A stretch of DNA of 64,000 bases from a virus. Taxonomy: Duplodnaviria; Caudoviricetes. Of the stretch, positions 11,327 to 23,100 are shown piece after piece. The DNA is taken from positions 1 to 64,000 of IMG/VR virus record IMGVR_UViG_3300029705_000055. One strand, written 5' to 3'. Position 1 is the first letter of the stretch, and each line of letters opens with the position of its first letter. Made by a program: the position numbers and the translations under genes. The notes beneath the pieces were generated by a model. It saw only the letters and a list, made by a program, of their open reading frames with translations, was not told the origin of the DNA and searched no databases.

Positions 11327-12595
11327 TTAATATGTAAATGGTAAATTATTTAAGTTTGTAAAACTAATATTCATACGCCCCGTAAAATCTAGAGAACAGG
11401 AGACCGATTGAATAAGAAATTTTTCACAAGTAAGCTCAAAAAATTTATCAGAAATTGCTATAATGTTGTTGACTTCTAACAACGGATTGAAAAACACCTC
11501 TGTGCTGGTCGAGCTCTTTAAAATTAATTGCTTTCTTAGCTCATAATCAGCACGTTCTTGTGCCAGGCTCGTTGTATAAATATTACTATCGTTAATAATA
11601 TTACCAGTTCGATATCCTATTCTTTTCCAACAAAGGGGCGACGCGGGATCATCGTTAGAAGCGACCGCCGAAAGTGCGCCTCCGCCAACACCAGTTCCCA
11701 CCACAACAATCCTGTTGATGATTTGGTTGTAATCAAATGTAAAACTCATGGAAGACACATCACCATCTAAATCGGTCGGACCGACCTCTCTTACTTGCGT
11801 GTCAAAAGAATAGAGCAACGGTTTGTCTTTGTCCAAAGTGACTTCGTTAATTGGCGCTATGACAAGTTTTCCGCAGCTGTTATAAAATATCTCAGCCGAT
11901 AATTGAGTGGCTAAGTCTGTAAGAATGGATCCAAGTGTGTCCCCGGCATTTTTACTAATGCGAACTTGTGTTTTTTTACCTGTAAAAATATTTGGATATA
12001 TAAAATCTTGGGGATCTAAAACGCATCCATTGCCCATATCTGTGCGTAAAATGTCGCGAATAATAGTATAAATATCTATCCCATAATCAATAATATATGT
12101 AGACCACAGACGTCCGGTAGCACCATCAAACAATTCGAACTTATCTCCCGCTTGTACAGAAACCTCGCGCATCAATGCAGTTTCTGAAGGAGTAACAGAA
12201 TTAATCACGAAAGTGCCCTTCCGAAACCAATAAGTTTTCCCGGTGCTTATTTTTACACCCAAATCGAAACGCAGGCGGGTGCCCGCCCAAAAAGTATTTA
12301 TATCGGGGGTATAGCGTCCGTCATAATTATATAGAGTGAAAGAAAGAGTCCTTCTTTGCCCGTTTTGATAGTTTTCATTATAACTACCACCCAGCTTTAT
12401 ATCATGAGACGGAATTTCATATGCAATTGTTTCGTCTGCATATAATACAAAAATTCTAAAGCACGATTGTACATAATTTAAGTTAATTTCTCTGCGCAGC
12501 AATTCAAAATCGACGTCTCCGTCTACATAGCCGTAATCTTCAGAAGCGTCGACAGACAAAACCTCCCCACTCGCAAGGTTATAATAAGAGCTCAC
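11327..12595 (-). CDS. Baseplate hub/tail tip protein
   Basis: GTG start after AGGAGGGG; RRTLSFTL...INRIVVVG...LAQERADYEL...PLLEVNNII hub-like pattern; no TAG. Confidence 0.65.
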   Translation of the reverse strand: MSSYYNLASGEVLSVDASEDYGYVDGDVDFELLRREINLNYVQSCFRIFVLYADETIAYEIPSHDIKLGGSYNENYQNGQRRTLSFTLYNYDGRYTPDINTFWAGTRLRFDLGVKISTGKTYWFRKGTFVINSVTPSETALMREVSVQAGDKFELFDGATGRLWSTYIIDYGIDIYTIIRDILRTDMGNGCVLDPQDFIYPNIFTGKKTQVRISKNAGDTLGSILTDLATQLSAEIFYNSCGKLVIAPINEVTLDKDKPLLYSFDTQVREVGPTDLDGDVSSMSFTFDYNQIINRIVVVGTGVGGGALSAVASNDDPASPLCWKRIGYRTGNIINDSNIYTTSLAQERADYELRKQLILKSSTSTEVFFNPLLEVNNIIAISDKFFELTCEKFLIQSVSCSLDFTGRMNISFTNLNNLPFTY

Positions 12596-12611
12596 TTTTC
12601 CCCCTCCTTTT

Positions 12612-12670
12612 TTGTTTATTTTGCACAACCCCGCGATTTCTCGCGGGGTTGTTTTTGTATATTTTGACGA
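12612..12670. promoter_or_regulatory. Paired palindromic box with enclosed GC hairpin, copy B
   Basis: TTGTTTATTTTGCACAA (12612) and TTGTATATTTTGACGA (12655) flank ACAACCCCGCGA-GAAA-TCGCGGGGTTGT (minus strand). Confidence 0.65.
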
Positions 12671-12695
12671 TAAATTTTAAGATAAAAGGTCAATT

Positions 12696-14348
12696 TTATC
12701 CAGAAATTGGGCGGTAGCATATACGCGTGCCCGTAAAATTTGCGCTATAAGTACTTGCACTTCCTCCAGAAAGATACCAGAGGCCGGCAGCACCAGAATC
12801 GTTACAGCAACCGCCACCCATTAATACCTAACCAGAAGCATCATAAATATAATGAACCCCTAAATATTTATCTGAGGCGGCCCCCCCACCAATTACACGA
12901 GGAAAGGCCATCGAAGGGTGGTTCGGGCTATAAGAAAGATACTTTACATAACCGCTTGATGTGGGACGATAGAAATCTTGATCTACTTCCGAGGGGTGGG
13001 TCACAGCATCTTTAAAACTAAGAGGATTTTCAAACACGGCGGTTCCGCTGCTGCTAAAAGCCACACCGTCGATCCACTTATCCACGTTGGCAAATGGATT
13101 TTCAACTCCTAAAATTTCCATAACCCCAAAAGACTCATCCCATCCAGAAAGAGGCACATCACTTGAAGCGTCAAAACCAAAGGCAGTGTCAATCGACATA
13201 GTCAGTCCTGTTGTGCAGGCTCTGGAATACCCCGCGGGTTGGGCTATACGACCAGTGCAAAACGCATAACTAAGGTTAGAACGTTGCAAATAAGCCATAC
13301 ATAAAAAATTATACAGAGTTACGATTGAAAGGTCTAGTTGCTGATAACCACTGCCCCATCCTGCGATATTATTTCTAAGATTTGACCGAGTCCCATATGT
13401 AGGAGTTTTACCAGCCTAACTAAGAGCCCTTGACCCGCTCCCACCGGCCTCATATTTTCCAATATACACCGAGTCTAAATAAGTGCTCATATCATTGGGA
13501 TTGCCAAAACAAGAGGGTATAAACCAGCTCCCCCCACTTTGGGTTTTAGAAAATTTAATACCATCAATAACGGAAATTCCGTCTATCGTCGTAGTAATCC
13601 ACTGAATAGACATTTTAGGTATGCGTATAAAAACATTCCCCTAACTGTCTGTCCATTCGCGTATTTCGTTAAAAGGGAAAATGCTATCGAGCGGATTGTT
13701 AACACACACTACCGGACCTTTTCTTTGAAGAGTATATCCACCCATATCCGCCGCATCATCTGTAAGAGTTAGCACACCGTCAGAACGAGTGACTCCCGTT
13801 ATCCCAACAATTGCGTCGGCGGGGGTAATGAAGTGCGCAATTAGCGTCATATCGGTGGTGGGGGAGAGGGGGAAGGTTTGTATATTTCCCCCAACCGTCC
13901 AGCCAACGAAAACTTTACCGCTCGGTGGTTCGGGCGGCGTGGGAGGCTATGTAGTCTCCCCCACCACCACATATTGTTTAATATAATCTGTGTCTGCGTC
14001 TTCTTTGTAGGTTAAAGTGCACACACCAGCCGGTAATTCAGACCCACCACCGCCAGGTACGTTAACCACAATATCAGCAGTGCAATATTTATTTTGCGTA
14101 GCAAGTGTCGCTTGTGTAGAAGTAACATTATACGAACCCGTGTATGTGCCAATTTGTCCAAGCACGGAACCGCTCGGTCCATAAAAATGGTGGCCTGCCA
14201 ATATATATGCCCCACTGTTGTCCGCATCAGAGGTATTATAAAAATTTGCGCTAGAGCCCCCAGCTAAAGGGACATTAATACAGTCTATGTCTTGATAAGT
14301 AACGGGTTTCCCGTATGCATCAAAGACTTTTACATCTTGTTGTGCCAT
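12696..14348 (-). CDS. Receptor-binding-like protein with C-terminal C-type-lectin (Mtd/FGE-like) domain (code 15, 550 aa)
   Basis: Four TAGs join four ORFs; YIGKYEA...GYQQLD...GVENPFANVDKWIDG...AGLWYL...GTRICYRP. Confidence 0.7.
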
Positions 14349-14368
14349 TGTTTCACCTCATTTTTATG

Positions 14369-17300
14369 TTAATTAATAATTAATTGCGATTCGTTGGCGC
14401 TAAGACTATAAGCCTATTGAATATGTAATTCGCTACCAAATACGTTTGGATCGCGCCACATATATACATATTCGCCGGCACCATACTCAATTCCGCCAAC
14501 AGTAAATGCTGGCAAAATCACGGCATCGCTCATGCGACGGTCGGGCTCAAAGGCACAAACCTTAACACCATATCTTACACCCAACACAAGCTCGCCGACT
14601 CCAAGCGTGTTCAAATTATAAGTTCCCGTAGAAGCACTGGTAGAAATGGTAACATTTTTATTTATACCAGATAAATCTTCAAACAAGAAAATGAGTTCCG
14701 TACCCGCGGTGTACGTAGGCGAAGAAACAACAACGGTATATGCGTTACTTCTCGAAAGAACAGGCGCCGTCGACTGTGTCTCCACGCCGCTTGTGGGTCT
14801 ATAACACAATCTGGCATTGACCGATTCTTTAGATTCTCGATACGCCACGTCTGTAAGCCACAATCCCATCTTTTTGTTCTTCTTACCAATTTCGCAAAAT
14901 ACAGGGTGTCCGATCGCGGGATGAATCAATGTTGATTCATTATAATCGTGTGCAAAGTATTCATCACAGTAATAGGTGTTATATTTCGCCGTAATCGATG
15001 CCGAACCGTCTACTTTTGCCGGATAGTTGAAGAACGGAAAATCCTCATCGTAACCAAGTGCCGTAATTTCGGCAGTCATGAAACCATCGGGGTTTAACCA
15101 GTTGCTATTCCAGGCCGGGCGCTGATATGCATCAATGTCTTTGTACCAGTTGTTATCCGTGTAGTCCGCATAATGGGTCGGGGTAGTTGCTATTCTCCAT
15201 GTTAAGAGACTGGAATCGCTATCTGCCATACCTCTTACGCCATCAACCCAGACAGGATAATTCAGATCACAGACGCCCAAACATTCTGTAATTTCGCTAG
15301 CACCGTTTTGGAAGTTAACACCGCGATTATTCAAAATTAACGCCAAGTCCACAAAAAGTTTTTGGAATTGCCAGTCAAACTGCTGATATCCGGGACCGTT
15401 GACCCTGGCCGCAGAACGCATTACGTCGATTCCCGCCAACGCCGGTTCCTCGCCAGTGTCTCTGGGTTTGCTGGTCATAAGACCATCTGCCGCATACAAA
15501 TCACCCGATGCATATTTACCGATATATACATATGGCAATATATTGTTATCGGCGTCTACAAACACAGAGTACGGCTCATATGTATCATCTACTTTTGTAG
15601 TAGAAATCTTAAAGTCTCGAATAGAGCCACCGGATAATTGACTATAATCATATTTTGTAACCTTACGATACAACGTAGGTATCTTGATAAAGATATTGCC
15701 ATATTCGTCGTTGACTTCTTCAAACACTCTCGGGAAGTCTTCTTTAATCCTGATCGAAACATTTTGCGGCGACCTGGTGCCAAGATTGATGACGTCAGCA
15801 TAATCTTTAAGAAGCACTCTAGCCATATCCAGCTCGGTGCAGTTGCCCGTGCAACAAACTTCGGGGCTTGTTGCAAAGAACCCCTTTTGTTCGGGGGCGC
15901 TATCTTGGGTATTTGCCACCCTCTCCTCTACAGTACCGTAGTCGCCATAAATGATCAGCCCGCGAGTTGAGTCGACTTGTTTCCATTCGAAGGAAATAGT
16001 GGACGGAACGGGCTCCACAAAATCACGCGTGGTGACGGAGTTACCCGTAATATGGACGATCCAGGCGTTACCTTTAATATCCCTGAGAAGTTTGGGATTC
16101 TTCGAATAAACAAATTGTTGCCACTGCCGCAGCATTTCCGCTTTCTCATTTGTAGAAATCGGGGCATAGCGACTAAATGGCATCCGCTCTATATATTTAT
16201 ATTTGCTTGTCGGTACAAGCTCGCTGCCAAGCAGCGCAGAGATAGAACCGCTGTCGGCATTCATTTCGCCAAAGCCGAATTTGGGGTAACGTCCTAAGGT
16301 GTCAAACTCCTAGCGTTGAATATTTTGTGTCTGCGAACCAGTTTCTAAAGAGTATTTAAACAACCAGACATTTTTATTATTAACACGATATTGTTTGCGT
16401 AACAAAGGAATATCTACGTTAATGGTTTCCGGTTCCAGCTCGGCAATGCTCCAATAATCCCACTTCGTGCACATGGGTTGCCCGGCAACATTCGAGGTTT
16501 CGTAACTACCTTTGACGATTTGCCCTTGTATTGTCGGCTCTCCGTATAAATCACTCGTGTCACCTGTGTTGTTTTTCCAAATTAATCCATCATAATTGGC
16601 AAAAGTTTGGAAAGTGTTTGACATATCATTAATGTCAATTTTATATGTGCCGGGATAAACCACATACTGATACGAGCGACCATTGGTAATATTAAAGTCT
16701 CTGAAAACTTTTTTATCTATTGAGGTGTGTATTACAACGGGCTCCCAATCACCGATGACGAAGGAAGCCGCATCTGTTTTATCGAAATAATACTCACCAA
16801 TAGCAGACCTCTTGCACGTATACATGGTGGGCTCGCTTACGCTGCCAACTGTTCCTTTCTCGGGAACGGCCAAGAAATACTGTTTCCTATTATATGTTTG
16901 TTCATTGCTTCTGTAAATCGTACCATCCTCCCCACGGAAAGTAGAGCCACCCACATAGGTGCCCTTAATAACGGGGGTTTGGGGATAAACATCGTACTCT
17001 CTGCGGTAGATTGAATATGTTGCGTCCCCCTGAAGGTTAAACGATGACTCGTCTATATCGATAAAAATCACATTAGACTCCGTAGTACAGTCATACTACA
17101 CAACAAACTTATCACCCTCGCTAAGAAGAGTCTTTGAACGTGTTCCGGAAGCAACATATAATATCACTTCTTGAGTGAAAACGTCTCCCAAATCATTCTC
17201 CAACATCAAGACAAATTTATAAGGAATGTCTTGTGCGGTGTCATTTGCAAGACCATAGAAGGTGGCGGTGATATTTTTATCATATCGCCACCCCGTGTCC

Positions 17301-19927
17301 TACAATAACTTCGAATAGTCATCAGGACCGTCGTCTGGTGCCTTCCCATATAATGCCCAGCGATAGTTTTCCCACGACGATTGACCAAATTGCATATATT
17401 GTGCCGATAACTTGACAGCGCGCGCCGCGATGGCGTTCATCGGGGAGGAAAAACCAACCGTATAAGGTGAACCGCCGACGACAACAAACGACTCTTGCCC
17501 GTATGCGCCGTCACTAACCATATAGTTCTCTCTTGAAAAATTCATTCCCAGGGTAGAGAAAATTTCGTCATTCTTATACAGAATTACATATGGAGACTCA
17601 TATGAATAGAAAGGATTCTCGTCAGAGGTCTTAAAATAAGTTTTAATTTCATAACGCCAAGGATAAGAAGTATCAGTGGTGCTAAAGGATTTTATAGCAG
17701 ACGATAAAGCGTCGTGCGTGATATAATATTGTTTGCTATTGAACCCCTTGATATTAATCCATTGTTGACCGCCAACGTTATGATTATCAAGAAGTTTCAA
17801 CTTCATTGTTTTAGCAATCTCTATCCAAGGTGTAATAAAAGTTTGTGTTGTACTGTTTTTAAGAATTTTTGCCGTACTTAAATCCGCATTATGATCTCGT
17901 AATGAAGTTCCACTTCTTTTTATAACAGTTTTCCCGTTGTTTTGTCCTCTGCGAATGTAATAATAGCCCCCACTTTTTGTACTGTTAGAGTTTTTTGTTG
18001 TGTACCAGGAGACTCCACTGCTATTGGTGCTAATATTCGCAACAGTGGCATAATTACCTTTTGAATACAAAATAACGTCTCCAACATTAACCCCTACACC
18101 ATCAACCGTGCCCTTATACGAACTACTGCTTCCCGGAGGATTCTCGTTGTTCGAATCGTACAAATCAAAGCTTCCCTTCGCAGCATTTAAAAACAATATT
18201 ATCGGCTATTCTACTCGGAAATAAATGGGGCTATCCCCAGAAACCGTGTCAACTTTTTTGGGATTCCACAAAGTATATAATCCTGGGGTCGCTAAAGATT
18301 CATAATTAAGCCCATCGTATAAAGAATACATAACTTTCCCAAGATAAGAGGCCCAAGTTTCGTAAGAAGGGGCACGCTAAATACAATATTTACCATATTC
18401 TTGATAATATTGATACACCCCGTTTTGTTTGGGCTCGTGTTGCGCATATAAAAGTATGTAATCACCGACATTTGCACCCGCAATACCTTTCCCGTCTTTT
18501 CCGGCCCAGATGTGCCTTTCAGCCACATAAGAATTGGCTTCCCATCCCTCTTCTGTGCCGTAGGTCTTCCAACTTCCATCTTGAAGTGCAGCAAATTCAA
18601 TTGTTACGGGCGTATTAAAAGCTCGGTTTATAATATCGGTATCTAAAATGTCATTGGGATCATTAGAATGTTTAAAAAACTAGCAAACATCATTACGGCT
18701 TACATCGTCGCCGGTAAGGCTGCCGCTAACTGGATATACATGGGCGAAAGAAGCATCATAAGCCTTCACTCCCACTCGTGTATTGGAAGCACTCCCCAGT
18801 GCCATATACGTGTTTTGTAATATCAGGGGGTCTGCGTCAGTTCCTTCGGGAATGATGTTAAGCCCCAAAGCATCAATATCGCCAAGCTAAATTCTTTCGG
18901 GCGTGGACCCCAGAATTGTGCCGTCCATGACCGTCATGTCCAACCATTCTATATCCACATCTTCATAACGAATGTAGGGTGGCATTAAATAACCAAAGAC
19001 ATTCGTGTCCTCAGGATATTCTGAATAATTGCCTTGATATAAAGTAATTTCCCATTTATAGTTATTATTATTGGCATCAAATAATTCAACAACCTGCTCT
19101 TTTGCGCGTCCGTCAGAATAATTAGTATCGTATACCAAACTTACCCAATGTGCGCGAGTATCAGCAGCATGTTCAAAACGTTTAGAAGTGTTGTTGTAAA
19201 CCCAATAGCTATTATGCTGGGTACGCCCCTTAACTACCGTGGCGCTAGTAAGACCCGTCATTTTTTCTAAATAAGTGCTACTGATCAAGTTGCCCAACAC
19301 ATCATATGAACGCAATATTCTCGCACGGTATACACCGTCAATATTGGTGCCCAGCGCGGTTCCCTGGGTGCTCGCAACAACAAGATCGCCTTCTTGTAAA
19401 GCTTCGCCGTCTAACAAAATTATGTTACGGCGCGCGGCGTCTCCATCAGTATCGTTGGGCCAATTGTAAGTCAGCCTCTTTGTGCGCGCTGTGTATGTCC
19501 AGTTATTTATGTTCGATGGATCGTTTGCGTCCATGTCCGCCGTATAATATAAAACGCGATCTGCCAAAGCATCGGCAGTATAATACATCGCATTATAAGA
19601 CTCGTTTAATTTTTTACGATTGTTCTGGAAAAAGGGGATACGTAAAAAAGTACCATTCACACCGGAATTTAATTCAGCATTCAAGTCACTTTCTTCGAGT
19701 CTTAATTCTAACAATTCGGAAATAGGGCTGATTTCGTCGCCCTCAAAAACCACCTGGTTATTATCGGTTAGAATTCTTATTTTATATCCGGTGATATTCT
19801 TGTTTGATGTGTCAACTTTACACGAAAAATACTTGACCGGAGTTTCTTCGGGGGTTTGGCTAATCGCAACCCTCGCATCTACCCCCGTTGCGAAAGGGAA
19901 GCAATATGTAGGCTTATAAACCGCCAT
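14369..19927 (-). CDS. Large baseplate/tail tip protein (code 15, 1852 aa)
   Basis: One frame from ATG 19927 (AGGAGG) to TAA 14369 with eight TAGs; directly after the tape measure; carries a second YIGKYAS...RLCYRP domain. Confidence 0.8.
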
Positions 19928-20031
19928 TAATTTCAATCCTCCTTTCTTATGCCCCAAAGGGCACGCTTGCTTTCCAAAAATAAAAATATTAAAAATGTAG
20001 TATCCTTACTTTAAGAAAGCAAGGTGTTTTT

Positions 20032-20090
20032 TTGTATATTTTACACAACCCCGTGGTTTCCCACGGGGTTGTATTTGTGCAATTTCACAA
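20032..20090. promoter_or_regulatory. Paired palindromic box with enclosed GC hairpin, copy C
   Basis: TTGTATATTTTACACAA (20032) and TTGTGCAATTTCACAA (20075) flank ACAACCCCGTGG-GAAA-CCACGGGGTTGT (minus strand). Confidence 0.65.
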
Positions 20091-20132
20091 CAGATTTTCG
20101 CGATAAAATTTCTTTTTTATACTGTCGTAAAA

Positions 20133-23100
20133 TTACGTAAGATTTTTAGTTAAAGCGACTCTCGCTTTTATGGACTTAACAAATGCATCAGCATCAAACG
20201 AACTATCTGCAGACACATTCATAGTAAGATTGTTAATGTTGAAAGATTCATCACAGAGAGGTGCAGATCCAGACACACCATTACGCAGAGATATACCGCC
20301 CTCGACAGCCCTAAGGAGATTGGGAGCTATTTCTCCCAACGCCCAGAGATTCGAGGTGATATCCGCAGGGAGGATGCCGGAGTGTGCGGGGAGCGCGGTG
20401 AGCGTTCCCGAAGGAGTAATAATTGCTTCTGTACCAAATTCATTAAGAAGCGCAGTAGCGCCTGCAAAATTGGTTGTTCCCAAAGCGTTCCGAACGAGAG
20501 GGACTTCGGGCTTACCCCAGAACGGAGAAGGAGAAGAAAAAATGGTATTGATTCCCATTTCGTTACCCCAAACTACACTTGACTAAGAACTTCCCTCTGA
20601 GCTTTTGCTGAGTGCATAGAAAGCTCCGTCGTGGTAAAGGGCGCTCCGACCATCCCCATGCTAGAACAAAAGATCTTCGACCCCTCGCTCTTGCAAAAAG
20701 GCGGCGAGATCTTCCGCCGACTCATATAAACCTATATCCTCGCCATAGGCTTTGCTTATAAATTGAGCGAAAGAACCGCCCCAAGTGCCTGCTTTTGCAT
20801 CAGACCAATTGCCCGATTTTTTATTTCTGGGGTCTTGCATAAACCTAATGTTTTTGTCGGGGTCAAGAATTTCGCTTACAATACTCTTTTGCGCAGAACT
20901 ATAATCTGTAACATAGCTTTGGCTACCCGAGGGGGTATTAACCGAATAAGAATATTTAGGAGTGTACATATCCTAAGTGGCAGCCTTTAACGCCTCAAGA
21001 GAATTAACTCCCGTTCCAGCACTTTGGTGGAAATCAGAGCCAATATATCCTTTGCTTTCTGCGATCGAATAAATTCTTTGATACTTTTCGAGCGCAGAGT
21101 TTAATTCAGAGGCCGTCTTATTTTTACCCAATAGTTTTGTATAGTCTTTCCAGGCATTAGTTAAATCTGCTAAAGTCTGTTCTCTATCTTCCAGAGAGGC
21201 TTCAACCACCTACTCACTGATCTTATCAACACCAACTTCAATACCATCCAGCAAAAAGACAGCCTAGGATAGCAAACTAGCTGCGGTGCCGCCGCCATCT
21301 GTAAGTGTGTTATTAAAATCTTCTGAGAAGCCTTCCACGATTGCCTACACGGCGCCGCGGCCATTTGATGAAAACTCACCAAAGAAAACTTCTGTTAGTT
21401 CTTGCTTTTGTTCTTCGGTGCGAACATCCCACAAGGTTTTCCATTTATCGGCAATGTATGCAATCGCAGAAATCTATTTGTCAATTTTAGAAATTTGTTT
21501 TTCTACAGACAGGTCTTCAATTTCCTTTTGGGCTTCTGCGATCTTATTTTGATCGGCTTCGTATACCCAGCCAACCCCTGCACGGTAAATGCGTCGCTTA
21601 TCGTTCATTGCCTCTTCTAATCTGACGCGCGCCTTTAAAAGCTTCAGCTCATATTCACGTTGCTTATTAATATTTTCTAACATATTGCGCTGCTCAGTTA
21701 AAGCGTCAACCTGTTTCTGGTAAGCGCTGGCAATAAACTCAGTGGCGTTTTTCAACTATTCGCGGTACAAATCTGCGACTAAAGTATCGCCACTAGCATG
21801 CTAAAACGCCTCAATAAGAACTTTATTAATTTCTTTAGAAGTGTCTGTCCCCATTAAATATTTCAGCAAGCTCGCCATTGTTGTTGCCCCCGACTGCTGA
21901 AGCGCATTATCAATATCTGCGTCTGTGAGTTCGGTTTTTTGCATTTTTCTCAAACTGGCAACATAGGAAAAAATACCCGGTTTAAACACTTTGTCGTAAT
22001 GGTCACCGCTTGCCGCATATTGATTCCATTGCTCCTTGAGTTCTTGGTTATTAAGCTGCCTAAGTTGCGTCATGATTTCCTACATGACGCGCGGTGTGTC
22101 GGACATATAAGCAATAAGATCAGGATATTGTTGAACAATTTTATTCATCCAGCCAGAAATGCTTTCCGTACTCGAGGCCATGGTATTTAATAACGAAGAG
22201 AAGGCGCTCGTAGAATCAATTAATTCTTGGGTGCTCTTTAATAAATCTGCCAGGGTTAATTCTCCAAGCTTATCAATAAACTAGGGTAGATTACTTACGG
22301 TTGTTCCAATGGCAGAAGCAAAACTCTCCAGAATTTTTTTATCAAACTAATCCTTTGGATTTAGTTTTTCTAACGCCTCTTTAAGTTTATATGCTTCACC
22401 GCTAAGCACCGCTGCAATTTCCTCATCGGTCTTAAGTACGCGCTCTGCGTATTTCAAGAACCCTTCACTTAAATCACCATTTTCATATCTCATTGAATAT
22501 CCCGCAAGACCGCCGGATTTCTCAACTTCTTCGGCGAGCGTACGATAAATTTTACCTACACCCAGACGTTTTAATTCAACGACATTTAAATCTGTTAAAT
22601 AAGCATTGCGCCCAGCGGACATTGTTTGGGCTGTCAAGAGAGCCTCTTCAACCAACATTTTGTTGTCTTCATCGCGAAGCGTCCACATATATTGCTGGTA
22701 ATCTTTGAGGGCTCTAGCCATTTCCTCCGTAGCCGCTAACTGCTATTGCGCGTCCTCTCGAGCCTAATCGTTACCTGTTTCAATAATTCTTTTCATGAGC
22801 TCGGCTTGTTCAGATAAAATAGTCAATTTATCCGAGACCAGGGATCTCTCCCACTCCTAAGCTCTCTGTTGTTTATAGTTATTTGTTATAGCAGAACCAA
22901 CAGCCGACCCAGCACCAAAACCAGCAACCAGGCTGCCGCCCAACAAGGCACCCCCGATAAGCTTTCCAAGGAGCCCCGGCCACGCCGCTAATAATATTGC
23001 TCCGGTAGTTGCTAACGCCCCCGCGGTCCCTATACCAGCAGCTGTACCGCCGCCCCAGGCCATTGCAGATTCTCGGTTGGTTATACCCAAATCGGTAAAC

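Noticed and set aside
12624-12830. Complete diversity-generating retroelement
   Set aside because: No reverse transcriptase or template repeat is visible, and a near-identical hairpin also follows the tape-measure gene.
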